A stretch of 32,000 nt of DNA from Opitutia bacterium KCR 482. GTDB taxonomy: Bacteria > Verrucomicrobiota > Verrucomicrobiia > Opitutales > Intestinicryptomonadaceae. The translations under genes and the position numbers were made by a program. The notes beneath the pieces were generated by a model. That model was not told the origin of the DNA. It did not search any database and saw nothing but the letters and a program-made list of their open reading frames with translations. Shown in pieces: positions 17,183 through 26,631 of this stretch. The stretch is taken from positions 390,001 through 422,000 of the forward strand of contig CP149973.1 in NCBI GenBank assembly GCA_029269845.2, given 5' to 3'. Every line of letters starts with the position of its first letter. Position 1 is the first letter of the stretch.

Positions 17183-19555
17183 TTATTTCACCCTGATTTC
17201 GTTGTCGCCCGCGCGAAGTTTTGTCTTTGCGCCGCGCCATTCGAATTCGCCCCCGACGGGCGTTTTTATCGAGCCGTCGATTCCGCCTTCGAGGTTCTTT
17301 CTGAACATCACCCTGATTTCGCCTTTCGGGTGCGGAATTGTTCCCGAAATTTCCTTCAAGTCGCCCAGATTCGGCGACACGCGGATTTTCGAGAACCCGT
17401 AGTCGGCGGGCATCACGCCGCACACAAGCGACAGCAGATGGTAGTTGGGGCTTGAACTCCACGCGTGGCAGTCGGAGCGCGACGGTTCGGGAGTTTCGGC
17501 GAAAGTCGTAAGCCCCGCGCCGAGCATGTCGCGCCACTCGCGCAGCTGCGGCAGGTAGAGGTCGCCCATGCCGACCTTGCGGAGAGCCTCCATGAGGTAG
17601 AATTTGAAATAGATTGTGCACGGAGTCATCTCGCCGGATTCGAGGACTTTTTTCATCAGCGCGGGCTGTTCCGATTCGTCCAAAACGTCGGCGAGAATCG
17701 CCAAAATGTTGACGTGCTGGCTTGTGGATTTCGCGCCCGCGTAGTCGACAAAAATTCCGCGTTCGGCGTCCCAACACTTTTCGCGAACCGCCTTTGCGAT
17801 TTCCTTGTAGCGGGCGTAAAATTCGTCGGCGTCGTTCGGGTAGCCCATTTTGCGCATGAGAACGGAGGCGTCGCGCATGGCAATCGCAAGCTGGAGGGTT
17901 GTTATCGCCGAGCCTTCGTTTTCGCCTTCGGGCGGAACGCCGTGCCACCAGCCCTCGGAATTTGCGCCCTTTGTCTTTTCGCTCCAATCGACGAAATTCC
18001 AGAACGGAAGCCTCGGTTTGAGCAGCCCGCCGTCGAGCTGTTTTGTGTACCACGCAAGCACGGAGCGGACGCCGATGAGCTTGTCGGAAAGGAAGTCGAA
18101 GTCGCCGCGGAACATGGCGTAGTCGCAAATCATTTCAATCCAGTAGAGGGAAAACGGCGGAATGAACTGCGTGAGGCTCGACGGAAAGCGCGACTGCGTT
18201 ATGTTCAGGTGCGTGCGCGAATTGTCGAACGCGGTAATCGCCTGACGCATCAGCCTGTCGTCGCCGGAAACGTACAGCGAAATCAGAGCCTGAATGCGGG
18301 TGTCGCCCGCGTATTGAAGCTGCTCGTAGTAGGGGCAATCGACGTAGGTTTCGAGGGCGCAGAGACGCGCGGTGCGCCAACCGACCTCCCAAATCTTCGC
18401 AAGCGACGCGTCGTCGGAGTCGAACTTGCCGTTTTCCTCGAATGGGTAGCCCGTGAAAATTCCGTACATGTCCTCGATAACGAGCGGCTCGCCCTTTGTC
18501 TCGATGTCCAAGCCGACGTACCTGTACGTCCTGAACCACAGGGGCGAAAATTCGCGCGACGCCCCGCCGTCGGGACGGAATATGTCGAAGACTTCCTCGC
18601 TTGCGTTGAAGTCGCGCCCCTCGATTTCGTCGCGGTTGCCCTTGATTCCGCTCTTGTCGAACATGCCCTCGGCGTAGTTTACCTTTACAACCGCCCCCGC
18701 GCCCTTCGACGTTTTCAGCACGGGATACGCGTTCGTCAAAACGCCGTTGTCCAAAAGCACGCGGCACTTTGTGTTTGCGGGAATTTCGAACTTTTCGCCG
18801 GCTATGAAATTCGGGACGGCTTCGACCCCCGAAAAACGGCGCACGCTCTTCATGCGCACGGGCTTTTCCTCCATCTGGGGAATCTCGCGCGGAGTGAGGG
18901 CGCGCCCAGCCTCTCCCCAGGCCGAAGCGCAAGTGTACGCCGCGCCGACATACTGGGCGTTGCGCCAAGAGGAGTCGTCAAAGTCAGGCTCAGTCCAGCC
19001 CCAGTCGTACTTCGACGCGTCGATATTGTCGCCGGGGCCTGTGTACCAGCGGTTGCGGGTGGGCGAAAACGCCGCCGACTTTTTCATTTTCCACTTGGAG
19101 GGCGTTGCCACAAAGTTTTCGGCGTCAGTCGCGCCGTCGAGCACAAACGAAAGCCTCTCGGAAATCTGCGCCTTCGGTGCGTTCTTGCCCGCATGCCAGA
19201 CGAGCGCGGCTATGACGTTTTTGCCAGACTTCAAATGCGGGGCGATGTCGAGCGTGTCGAAATACCACCTGTCGAGGTCGCCGCGGGCGGGCCCGCGCGC
19301 AACGCGCCTGCCGTTGACGTACAGCACAAAACGCTGGTCGGCGCTCACGTTGATTTTGAAGCTTTCGGGCTTTTTGGGCAAATCGAACGAGCGGCGGAAA
19401 TGCAGCACGCGGTATTCGGGCGTGTAGTAGGCGGGGTCTCCCGCCCATTTTGCCGTCCAAATTTTTGTGTGGATTTTGCGGTCGAAGTCTTGCGGCGTCG
19501 CAAAAGCCGCAGCGCAAACCGCAAGCGCGGAAACGGTTAAAAGCAGTTTTCTCAT
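17183..19555 (-). CDS. GH78-like six-hairpin glycosidase (alpha-L-rhamnosidase family), secreted
   Basis: I chose the ATG at 19555 (MRKLLLTVSALAVCAAAFATP, a signal peptide), because the track start is a TTG. The N-terminal block FRRSFDLP...QRFVLYVNGRRVARGPARGD...YFDTLDIAPHLKSGKNVIAALVWH resembles the rhamnosidase N-domain. The block VDCPYYEQLQYAGDTRIQ aligns with the GH78 DCPxRE..W.GD region. Confidence 0.75.
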   Translation of the reverse strand: MRKLLLTVSALAVCAAAFATPQDFDRKIHTKIWTAKWAGDPAYYTPEYRVLHFRRSFDLPKKPESFKINVSADQRFVLYVNGRRVARGPARGDLDRWYFDTLDIAPHLKSGKNVIAALVWHAGKNAPKAQISERLSFVLDGATDAENFVATPSKWKMKKSAAFSPTRNRWYTGPGDNIDASKYDWGWTEPDFDDSSWRNAQYVGAAYTCASAWGEAGRALTPREIPQMEEKPVRMKSVRRFSGVEAVPNFIAGEKFEIPANTKCRVLLDNGVLTNAYPVLKTSKGAGAVVKVNYAEGMFDKSGIKGNRDEIEGRDFNASEEVFDIFRPDGGASREFSPLWFRTYRYVGLDIETKGEPLVIEDMYGIFTGYPFEENGKFDSDDASLAKIWEVGWRTARLCALETYVDCPYYEQLQYAGDTRIQALISLYVSGDDRLMRQAITAFDNSRTHLNITQSRFPSSLTQFIPPFSLYWIEMICDYAMFRGDFDFLSDKLIGVRSVLAWYTKQLDGGLLKPRLPFWNFVDWSEKTKGANSEGWWHGVPPEGENEGSAITTLQLAIAMRDASVLMRKMGYPNDADEFYARYKEIAKAVREKCWDAERGIFVDYAGAKSTSQHVNILAILADVLDESEQPALMKKVLESGEMTPCTIYFKFYLMEALRKVGMGDLYLPQLREWRDMLGAGLTTFAETPEPSRSDCHAWSSSPNYHLLSLVCGVMPADYGFSKIRVSPNLGDLKEISGTIPHPKGEIRVMFRKNLEGGIDGSIKTPVGGEFEWRGAKTKLRAGDNEIRVK

Positions 19556-19684
19556 ATATAGTATCTTTTCAAATTCGATAAAAACAAACGGCGCATTATT
19601 GTCAACATATTCCAACAAAACTGTTATTCATCACACAATTTGCGATTTTGCTTTTCGGCGGCAGGCGCATTTTCCGCGCGGGGA

Positions 19685-19711
19685 CAAAAAAACCGCAGAA
19701 TCGACTGCGGT
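19685..19711 (-). terminator. rho-independent terminator after the 277-aa Sel1 gene
   Basis: The minus strand reads ACCGCAG-tcgatt-CTGCGGT followed by TTTTTTTG. Confidence 0.7.
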
Positions 19712-19742
19712 TCGAAGGGTAAATTCTGCGCGGGAAATATGC

Positions 19743-20576
19743 CTACTTTATCGATTTCGGCGCGGGCACGGAAGAGTCGAGCCGCAACTGCTCGTAGTAC
19801 GCCGCCGCCTCCTTGTCGCCCTTTTTTGCGGCGGCGGCAAAAAGCTCCATGGCGCGTTTCGTGTCCTTCTTCACGCCCGTGCCGTTGGCATAGAGAATGC
19901 CGAGATAGCGCATGGCGTCGCGGTTGCCGAAGTCGGCGGCGGCAGTCCAAATCGAGAAGGCTTTTGCGAGGTCGGGCTTTACGCCCTCGCCCGTGAAGTA
20001 GCAGAGGGCAAGATATACCTGCGCCTGCAAATGCCCCTGCTCGGCGGCGGCTTTCCAAAGCTCGAACGCCTTTTGAGGGTCGCGCTCGCGCACGCCCTGC
20101 CCCTTTGCATAGGCAAAAGCAAGACAAAACTGAGCCTTGGGGTGGTTCTGCTTGGCGGCCTTGTCCCACCAGAAAACGGCAGTGTTGACGTCGGGCAAAA
20201 CGGAAATTCCGCCACTGTACGCCTGCCCCATGAGGTATTGAGCCTCTGGGTCGCCGCGCTTGGCGGCTTCAAGCCAGTAGGCGACAGCCTTGGGCCCGTT
20301 GCGCTTTACGCCGTTTCCTGCGTACCAAGCCGCGCCGATGTTTGTCAAGGCGCGGGCATTGCCGTTTTGGGCGGCTTTCTCCCACCAGGCAAAAGCCGTC
20401 ATGTAGCGGGGCGAGAACTTGCCGCCGCCGCCGTCGGCATAATATTCGCCGATTTCGTTCTGGGCAACGGCGTCGCCCTTTTCGGCAAGCTTCAACTTGG
20501 CGTCGAAATCAAACGCGTCGGCAAACACACACAACGCACACCCAATCGACATCAAACTTACTACTATTTTTTTCAT
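19743..20576 (-). CDS. secreted Sel1-like repeat protein (277 aa)
   Basis: The signal peptide is MKKIVVSLMSIGCALCVFADA. It is followed by about six SLR units of the form A(Q/L)xxxGxxYxxGxGVxxxxxKAxxWxxKAAxxG. Confidence 0.9.
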   Translation of the reverse strand: MKKIVVSLMSIGCALCVFADAFDFDAKLKLAEKGDAVAQNEIGEYYADGGGGKFSPRYMTAFAWWEKAAQNGNARALTNIGAAWYAGNGVKRNGPKAVAYWLEAAKRGDPEAQYLMGQAYSGGISVLPDVNTAVFWWDKAAKQNHPKAQFCLAFAYAKGQGVRERDPQKAFELWKAAAEQGHLQAQVYLALCYFTGEGVKPDLAKAFSIWTAAADFGNRDAMRYLGILYANGTGVKKDTKRAMELFAAAAKKGDKEAAAYYEQLRLDSSVPAPKSIK

Positions 20577-20585
20577 TAACCCCGT

Positions 20586-20615
20586 ATTCTATCGACATAC
20601 AATATAAACAGTCAA
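20586..20615 (-). promoter_or_regulatory. sigma70-type promoter for the 277-aa Sel1 gene (near-leaderless)
   Basis: The minus strand reads TTGACT, an 18-nt spacer, TAGAAT, then 9 nt (acggggtta), then ATG (20576). Confidence 0.45.
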
Positions 20616-20632
20616 TTAGATATTGGAATAGA

Positions 20633-20672
20633 TGAAAAGAAAAGCGGAAATCCACAAACTTGGAATCTCCGC
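20633..20672 (-). terminator. rho-independent terminator downstream of the tandem repeats
   Basis: The minus strand reads AGCGGAGATTCCA-agtttg-TGGATTTCCGCT, about 11 pairs including G-U, followed by TTTCTTTTC. It lies between the repeat array and the Sel1 promoter. Confidence 0.6.
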
Positions 20673-20683
20673 TTACCAATAAG

Positions 20684-20996
20684 CCCAACTTTTATCCCAA
20701 CGCATTTTAAAAATCTTCGCGCCGTGCGCTGTAATTTTAGAGGCGTCAAAATGCCCCTATAAGAGTGGCTTTGCGAGTGGCTCAGGGTGCGTGGCGTACG
20801 CGGCAATCCCTAAACTACGGTAGCTGTGCGAAACGCCCAACCAAACTTTTATCCCAAAGCATTTTAAAAATCTTCGCGCCGTGCGCTGACTTGTTAGAGG
20901 CGTCAAAGTGCCTGTATAAGGGCGGCTTTGCGCGCGGCACAGGGCGCGTAGCATACTTGGCGTATGTAAGCGGTCTGGGTCGCGCGTGAAACGCCC
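20684..20996. repeat. two tandem copies of a roughly 157-bp non-coding unit
   Basis: Unit 1 spans 20687-20838 and unit 2 spans 20844-20996. The first 106 aligned positions are 92/106 identical by hand count. About 40 nt then diverge, and both units end in GAAACGCCC. A GCCC also precedes unit 1. Confidence 0.85.
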
Positions 20997-21010
20997 TTAG
21001 ACTGGTGCTT

Positions 21011-23824
21011 TCACGCCTCGTCTACGATTTCGAAAAACACCGCCGGTTCTTTCAGCTTGGAGGTGTCGAGGTCTATTATCATCTTGCCGTCCCTTACCTC
21101 GAAGTTCACCTCTTCCGCCCTCTTGCCCGTGATTTTCAGCGCGTAAACTTTGTACTTTTTCGGGGCGAAAAGCCGCGCAAAAAAGTTCTGATCGGGCAGT
21201 TTGAATTCCGCCGAAAGCCTGCCAGTGCGCACGATAATCGGATACGAACCCACACTTACGAGCGTCATGCGGTCCATCGAAAGCTCGCAGCCGGTGGAGG
21301 CGTTGTCGGTGTTATAGACAAGCACCATTCTGCCGCTGTCGGCAAGCGGCCTGCCGTCCACGGACACAACCGCGACCGACGCGGGAACGCTCGACGACTT
21401 CACCGAAAGCCTGTCGAGATTGATGTCGCGCGTGTTTTCCTTGACGACGACTGCCTCCGACTTCGGCGTGATAACCTTGACCGTTCCCGCGTTCAAATCG
21501 AGCGTGATTTCCTTCGTGTCGGTTTGATAGATGTTTTTTGCGGGGTCGGAGATGTTGTCGGCAGTGAGGATTCTGTCGCGTTTGAGGGTCTTGGCGGCGG
21601 CGGCTATGTCGAAGTCCTTTTTCTCCATTGCGGGAGCGGGACCAGAGCCGTTGCCCCAAATGTTTTTCGCCGCGCCCATGGGCTTCCATTTGATGTCGGC
21701 GGGCTTTACGGGAATGTTTTTCAGCTCGTCGATTTTCCGCGCTGAGGGGAAATCGATGCCGAAGCCCGTCATGAACGCAAGCTTCGCCTGCTCGTGGTTC
21801 ATGCCGCGCCCAATCAGCGGCGACGACTCGACATACTCCTTGTTGTAGACGACGTCCACCCTGTGCGGGCTGGGCTTGACGTCGCCGCGGTAGAACAGGA
21901 AGCAGCTGAGAAATTCGTTGGCGCGGTAGACGGGCGAGTTGAACACTTCGAAAGAGCCGAGCCTATGCGGAGCCAACGTGGAAACGGCTTCGTCGTGGAC
22001 GGTGAGGTTGTCGAAATCCTGAAAGGCGGAGTACGCGGGGAAGAGGACGCCCGCCTCGTGCTTGTACTGGTTCCAGTGCGAGTGCTGGTATTCGGTTACG
22101 GCGTACGGACGCCCCGCGATTCTCTTGTTTGCGGCGTGCAGCCAGTAGGCGGCGGCGTAGTCGGGCGTAAGCGAGCTGCCCTGCCCCACGCACGAGCCTT
22201 CGCTCATGAATGCGCTGGGATGGCAGAAATAGAGGTTGTTCGCCATGTAGCTGCCGGCTTCGGCGCTCAGCATGTAGACGTCGGTGCGGATTACGCAGTT
22301 GTGCTGGTGGAGCGGCGCTTTCATGCCGATTTCATTGCGCACGACGTTCTCGCAGAACTGCTGCATTTCGCGCGTGGAGTCGAGCACGAACTGCGGAATG
22401 TCCACGGGGTTTCTGTGCTTTTCGAGATTGAACGGGCGCACTTCCGCAAAGCTCTTGAACGACGTTTTCCAAGCCTTGTTGAGCGCGTCGATTTTCCCGT
22501 ATTTTTTCTGCGCCCATTTCTGGAACGCGGAGTCTCCAAAAGCCCTGCCCTTTGCGGTCATGCCGTGGTGGAAGGGAAGAAGGGTGTCAAGCTCGTTGAA
22601 GTATTCGATTGTCGCAATGGAGGGGTCGTCCTTCCAAGCCTTGCCCGTGTAGGGGTTGACGTGGTTGAGCTGCATGTGGACGAACTTGCGCCACGCCTCG
22701 CGGACGGTCGGGTCTCCGAAAATGAAGAGCGATTTGGTGTCGAATCGGTCGGACCAGTCGAAGCCGATTTCGCCGACATCGTGGCTTGCGAGCATCCAGT
22801 GCGAGTAGACGCCCTCGCGGGCAAGCGCGAAAATCAGGTAGTCGTAGAGGTCGCGGACGTCTTTCTTCATTTTGAAGGGGGCTTCGAATTCGCGCGGATA
22901 CATCGAAATGCGCCAGCGGAGCATGTTGTAGCCCTGCTTGCGGAATTTTTTGACGTAGTTGTCGATGTCCTCGTGCGTCTTGATTTCCCTGCCGAACCTG
23001 TTGCCGGGGCGCGAGTTTGTGCCCTTGAATTTTACACGTTCGTCGGGCTTGCCGGCAAAGGCGAAGTGCCCGTCCTTGTTGACAATCAGCCTGCCGAATT
23101 TGCCCGCGGGAGCGGGAGTCATGAGGTTCGACATGTCGAGCGCGGAGCCTGCCTCAATTTCCAAGTCGGACATATCGACCGCCTTCCACTCCTGCCCGCC
23201 GAGCCGGCAGACCAAGCCCGTGTTGACTTTCACATTCGAGAGCGTAATGCCGACGATGTTCCACGAAACGAGGTTGCGCGGCTCGAATTCAATCTCTTCG
23301 ACGCCGCCCGCGCGGATTTGGTTAATAGGCACTACCGAAATGTAGAGGTAAGGCTCGCCGTTTTTGCCGCCGTAGACGGGTTTTGAATTTTCGAGCGTCC
23401 GGCTTTTCGACATGCTCGCGGTGTCGAGGAAAAGCTTGGGATAAGTGCGAACTTCGCTGCGCTTGTTGCGGACATAGAGGAATGAAACGTTCTTTTTGGG
23501 ATTGTCCTTTTTGATTTTGTCGCCGCGGTTCGAAAGAATATAGAGGTACTTGTAGCTGTCCCTGCTTGCGGGAACTTTCAGGACGGTCTTCTTGCGGGCA
23601 TCGAGGCGCATGACGGAGTCGCCCACTTTAAAATCTATGCCGCCGAAGTTGCGGACTTCTCCCGCTTTCAGCCCGTTAATCGGCATGTAGTCTCCCTCGA
23701 TGTTTGCCGTAAGCGGCGTGTTGCCCGCAAGCTCCACGAATTTGAATTTTGCCGCCGCCGTCGCCGACAGAGCCGACAGCACGAACACCGCAAGCGACAG
23801 CCATAACTTTTTAGATATGCCCAT
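21011..23824 (-). CDS. secreted clan GH-A TIM-barrel glycoside hydrolase (GH42/GH5-like) with a large N-terminal domain of unknown function
   Basis: The signal peptide is MGISKKLWLSLAVFVLSALSATAAA. The central region has GYNMLRW, IATIEYFNELD (a candidate acid/base NE), a GH42-like FQKWAQKKYGKIDALNKAWKTSF, and YAVTEYQHSHW (a candidate nucleophile). The family assignment comes from motif recollection only. Confidence 0.55.
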   Translation of the reverse strand: MGISKKLWLSLAVFVLSALSATAAAKFKFVELAGNTPLTANIEGDYMPINGLKAGEVRNFGGIDFKVGDSVMRLDARKKTVLKVPASRDSYKYLYILSNRGDKIKKDNPKKNVSFLYVRNKRSEVRTYPKLFLDTASMSKSRTLENSKPVYGGKNGEPYLYISVVPINQIRAGGVEEIEFEPRNLVSWNIVGITLSNVKVNTGLVCRLGGQEWKAVDMSDLEIEAGSALDMSNLMTPAPAGKFGRLIVNKDGHFAFAGKPDERVKFKGTNSRPGNRFGREIKTHEDIDNYVKKFRKQGYNMLRWRISMYPREFEAPFKMKKDVRDLYDYLIFALAREGVYSHWMLASHDVGEIGFDWSDRFDTKSLFIFGDPTVREAWRKFVHMQLNHVNPYTGKAWKDDPSIATIEYFNELDTLLPFHHGMTAKGRAFGDSAFQKWAQKKYGKIDALNKAWKTSFKSFAEVRPFNLEKHRNPVDIPQFVLDSTREMQQFCENVVRNEIGMKAPLHQHNCVIRTDVYMLSAEAGSYMANNLYFCHPSAFMSEGSCVGQGSSLTPDYAAAYWLHAANKRIAGRPYAVTEYQHSHWNQYKHEAGVLFPAYSAFQDFDNLTVHDEAVSTLAPHRLGSFEVFNSPVYRANEFLSCFLFYRGDVKPSPHRVDVVYNKEYVESSPLIGRGMNHEQAKLAFMTGFGIDFPSARKIDELKNIPVKPADIKWKPMGAAKNIWGNGSGPAPAMEKKDFDIAAAAKTLKRDRILTADNISDPAKNIYQTDTKEITLDLNAGTVKVITPKSEAVVVKENTRDINLDRLSVKSSSVPASVAVVSVDGRPLADSGRMVLVYNTDNASTGCELSMDRMTLVSVGSYPIIVRTGRLSAEFKLPDQNFFARLFAPKKYKVYALKITGKRAEEVNFEVRDGKMIIDLDTSKLKEPAVFFEIVDEA

Positions 23825-23945
23825 AGTGTATAGTTTTGTAGATTAATAAAACTCCCCCGCATACGTTTGATACGCAATCGGACTAACGTTTGCGCAGGGT
23901 ATTTTGCGACCAATCCTTTGCAAGAAAATTATTGCGGGCAGCAAG

Positions 23946-25904
23946 CTACTTGGCGCAATTCTCGCGGATAAATTTGATTTGGTCGCGCAGAACCGCGGCG
24001 CGTTCGAAGTCGAGCCTGTCGGCGCAGGAAAGCATTTCCTGTTGAAGCTCGTCGATGAGCCGAGCGACTTCGCTTTTCGATTTTTTGCCGACGTTTGCGA
24101 ACTTGTTTTCCCTTTTCACAAGCGGCTGCTGAATCGGGCGGCTGACCGATTGCGGGGTAATGCCGAATTCGGCGTTGTGGCGCATTTGCTCTTCGCGGCG
24201 GCGGCGGCAGGTGTCGAGGGCGGTTTTGAGCGAGCCCGTGATGTTGTCGGCGTAGAGGATTACGCGCCCGTCAACATGGCGTGCGGCGCGTCCCGCCGTC
24301 TGGATAAGGCTTGTTGCGCTGCGCAAAAAGCCCTCCTTGTCGGCGTCGAGAATGCAGACAAGCGACACTTCGGGAACGTCGATTCCCTCGCGCAAAAGGT
24401 TGACTCCCACGAGGGCGTCCGACTCTCCCAAGCGCAGACGCCGCAGAATTTCGACGCGCTCGATTGCGTCGATGTCGCTGTGCAGGTACTCTACCTTGAC
24501 GCCGTTTTCGCGCAGATAGTCCGTAATTTCCTCACTCATGCGCTTTGTGAGGGTTGTGACGAAAACGCGCTCGCCGCGCTCGGCAGCAGCCTTGATTTCG
24601 GCGGTGCAGTCCTCCACCTGCCCCTTAATCGGGCGGACAATCATTTCGGGGTCGAGCAGCCCCGTCGGGCGGTTGATTTGCTCTACGACGGTGTCGCTTA
24701 CGGAAAGCTCGAAGGGTGCGGGGGTTGCGGAGACGAAAATCGTCTGCCCCGTTAGGGCATCAAACTCTTCGGGGCGGAGCGGGCGGTTGTCGAGCGCGCT
24801 GGGGAGGCGGAAGCCGTATTCGATGAGCCGCTCCTTGCGCGAGCGGTCGCCGTGGAACATGCCGCGAATCTGCGGGTAAGTTACATGGCTTTCGTCGAGA
24901 AACAGCAGGGTGTCTTTCGGAAAAAAGTCGAGCAGACACCACGGGCGCGAGCCTGCGGGACGCCCCGCCAAGTGGCGCGAGTAGTTCTCTATGCCCGTGC
25001 AGAAGCCCGTTTCGGCGAGCAAGTCCAAGTCTTGCTCGGTGCGCATTTTTATGCGCTGGGCTTCGAGCAGTTTGTTCTCGCGCTCAAGCTGCGCAACGCG
25101 CTCCTCCAACTCGGCGCGGATTGAAACCGCCGCCGCCTCGACCGCGTCTTTGGGAGTTACGAAACCCGTCGCGGGATAGAGGTCGAAGCGGTCGAGCCTG
25201 CCCAGATTTTCGCCCGTGAGGGGGTCGATTTTTTTGAGAGAGTCTATTTCGTCGCCGAAAAATTCTACCCTGAGCGCGGTGTCGAGATACGCGGGGTAGA
25301 TGTCGATGACGTCGCCGCGAACCCTGAAAACCCCGCGCTCGAACGACGTGTCGTTGCGCGAATACCGAATGTCTATCATGCGCTCGGCGAGGCTCTCGCG
25401 CGAAATTTCCAAGCCCTTTCGCAGCGGCACCATCATCTTGCGGAAGTCCTCGGGCGAGCCCAAGCCGTATATGCACGAAACCGTCGCAACCACGATTACG
25501 TCGCGGCGCGAGACGAGCGAGCTTGCCGTGGAAATCCTCAGTTTTTCGATGTCGTCGTTTATCGACGAATCCTTTTCAATGTAGGTGTCGGTTTGGGGAA
25601 TGTAGGCTTCGGGCTGGTAGTAGTCGTAATAGCTTACGAAGTATTCGACGGCGTTCTCGGGGAAGAACTCCTTGAACTCGGAATAGAGCTGCGCTGAAAG
25701 CGTCTTGTTGTGCGAGATAATCAGCGCGGGTCGGTTCATCTTGGCGATTACGTTCGCCATCGTGAAAGTCTTGCCCGAACCCGTTACGCCGACAAGAGTC
25801 GAGTACTTCGAGCCGGACTCTATGCTTTTGCACAGCGCGTCAATCGCCTTGGGCTGGTCGCCCGACGGTGCGTACTTCGACGAAAGTTTGAAAAGGCCCT
25901 CCAT
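23946..25904 (-). CDS. uvrB: excinuclease ABC subunit B
   Basis: The 652-aa product starts [20 protein letters not shown] and has the Walker A motif [12 protein letters not shown]. It also has helicase motifs and a C-terminal UVR domain ([24 protein letters not shown]). Confidence 0.97.
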   Translation of the reverse strand: MEGLFKLSSKYAPSGDQPKAIDALCKSIESGSKYSTLVGVTGSGKTFTMANVIAKMNRPALIISHNKTLSAQLYSEFKEFFPENAVEYFVSYYDYYQPEAYIPQTDTYIEKDSSINDDIEKLRISTASSLVSRRDVIVVATVSCIYGLGSPEDFRKMMVPLRKGLEISRESLAERMIDIRYSRNDTSFERGVFRVRGDVIDIYPAYLDTALRVEFFGDEIDSLKKIDPLTGENLGRLDRFDLYPATGFVTPKDAVEAAAVSIRAELEERVAQLERENKLLEAQRIKMRTEQDLDLLAETGFCTGIENYSRHLAGRPAGSRPWCLLDFFPKDTLLFLDESHVTYPQIRGMFHGDRSRKERLIEYGFRLPSALDNRPLRPEEFDALTGQTIFVSATPAPFELSVSDTVVEQINRPTGLLDPEMIVRPIKGQVEDCTAEIKAAAERGERVFVTTLTKRMSEEITDYLRENGVKVEYLHSDIDAIERVEILRRLRLGESDALVGVNLLREGIDVPEVSLVCILDADKEGFLRSATSLIQTAGRAARHVDGRVILYADNITGSLKTALDTCRRRREEQMRHNAEFGITPQSVSRPIQQPLVKRENKFANVGKKSKSEVARLIDELQQEMLSCADRLDFERAAVLRDQIKFIRENCAK

Positions 25905-25910
25905 TTCGGA

Positions 25911-26570
25911 TTATTCGATATCCGACACCGAAAGCGGCGTGAAGTTCTCTATAATAATGTCGGGGAATCCCGCGAAACGGCTTTCCCAGAAGTCGGCGGG
26001 GTGCGTAGTGGCGACGGCGACGCTTTTCATGCGGGCGGCAATCGCCGCGTCAATGCCCGCCTCGGAGTCTTCGAAAACGACGCATTTGCGGGGCGGCACG
26101 CCGATTTTCTCGGCGGCGCAGAGGAAAACGTCGGGGGCGGGCTTGCCGCGCGCTACGTCCTCCATTGTGGCGGCGGCGGCGAAATATTCGGAAAGACCGA
26201 GCTTTTCGAGAGCCTGTTCGAGGTTCTCGCGCGGGGTCGAGCTGCCTATCGCGCACGGGACGCCGGCGTCGCGCAGCTTTGCGAGAAATTCGCGGACGCC
26301 CTCGACAGTCGGAATCCCGCGGTCGGCAACGATTTTGCGGTAGTAGACCTCCTTTTCGTCCGACATTTTTTGAACTTCGGAGGGGTCGGAAGTCCACTTC
26401 AAGATGTCGGGTATGATTTCGACATTGCGCTTGCCGAAAGTGTCGAGCATGAAATTTTCGGGAATTGTGTGTCCGTGGGCTTTGGCGAGCATGCGCCAGC
26501 TGTCCAAATGCTCCTTGCAGGAATCGACGACAACGCCGTCCCAGTCAAATATCGCTCCAATTTTTTTCAT
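25911..26570 (-). CDS. HAD-IA family hydrolase (beta-phosphoglucomutase-like)
   Basis: HAD motif I is IFDWDGVVVDS, motif II is AIGSST, motif III includes GKPAPD, and motif IV is VFEDSEAGIDAA. The stop lies 6 bp before the uvrB start, consistent with an operon. Confidence 0.88.
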   Translation of the reverse strand: MKKIGAIFDWDGVVVDSCKEHLDSWRMLAKAHGHTIPENFMLDTFGKRNVEIIPDILKWTSDPSEVQKMSDEKEVYYRKIVADRGIPTVEGVREFLAKLRDAGVPCAIGSSTPRENLEQALEKLGLSEYFAAAATMEDVARGKPAPDVFLCAAEKIGVPPRKCVVFEDSEAGIDAAIAARMKSVAVATTHPADFWESRFAGFPDIIIENFTPLSVSDIE

Positions 26571-26631
26571 ATTGACGGGGCATTTTTACAGAGAGCGGAT
26601 TTTTTAAAAGCGTTTTTTTCGGAAAAAATTG

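Noticed and set aside
17465-19540. A 691-aa ORF on the plus strand, antisense to the GH78-like gene
   Set aside because: It lies exactly in codon register with the minus-strand gene (19555-19540 = 15). Stops can therefore only arise from sense TTA, CTA or TCA codons, which this organism avoids. The translation is Arg/Ala/Val-rich with no recognisable motifs, while the opposite strand has a signal peptide and family motifs. It is a shadow ORF.
19705-19720. The sequence GGTTCGAAGGG, which resembles a tRNA T-arm
   Set aside because: It is the descending arm and tail of the terminator hairpin after the Sel1 gene. No acceptor stem, anticodon arm or D-arm can be built around it.
20612-20954. Two 64-65-aa minus-strand ORFs (20612..20806, 20757..20954) with similar peptides (TLTPL..QRTARRFLKC.GIKV), plus a 74-aa plus-strand ORF (20765..20989)
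   Set aside because: The similarity simply reflects the DNA tandem repeat. Substitutions between the copies are mostly non-synonymous, and the ORFs run through a terminator hairpin. There is no SD, and the composition is basic and non-protein-like. I treat the region as non-coding.
20684-20996. The tandem repeats as a CRISPR array or a mobile-element terminus
   Set aside because: There are only two copies. The units are about 157 bp and directly abutting, with no unique spacers. There are no cas, transposase or integrase genes, and no flanking inverted repeats or target-site duplication that I can see.
21794-23386. A 530-aa plus-strand ORF antisense to the GH-A-like gene
   Set aside because: The same explanation applies. 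It is in register with the sense codons (23824-23386 = 438, a multiple of 3) and has low-complexity Arg/Val/Gly-rich sequence.
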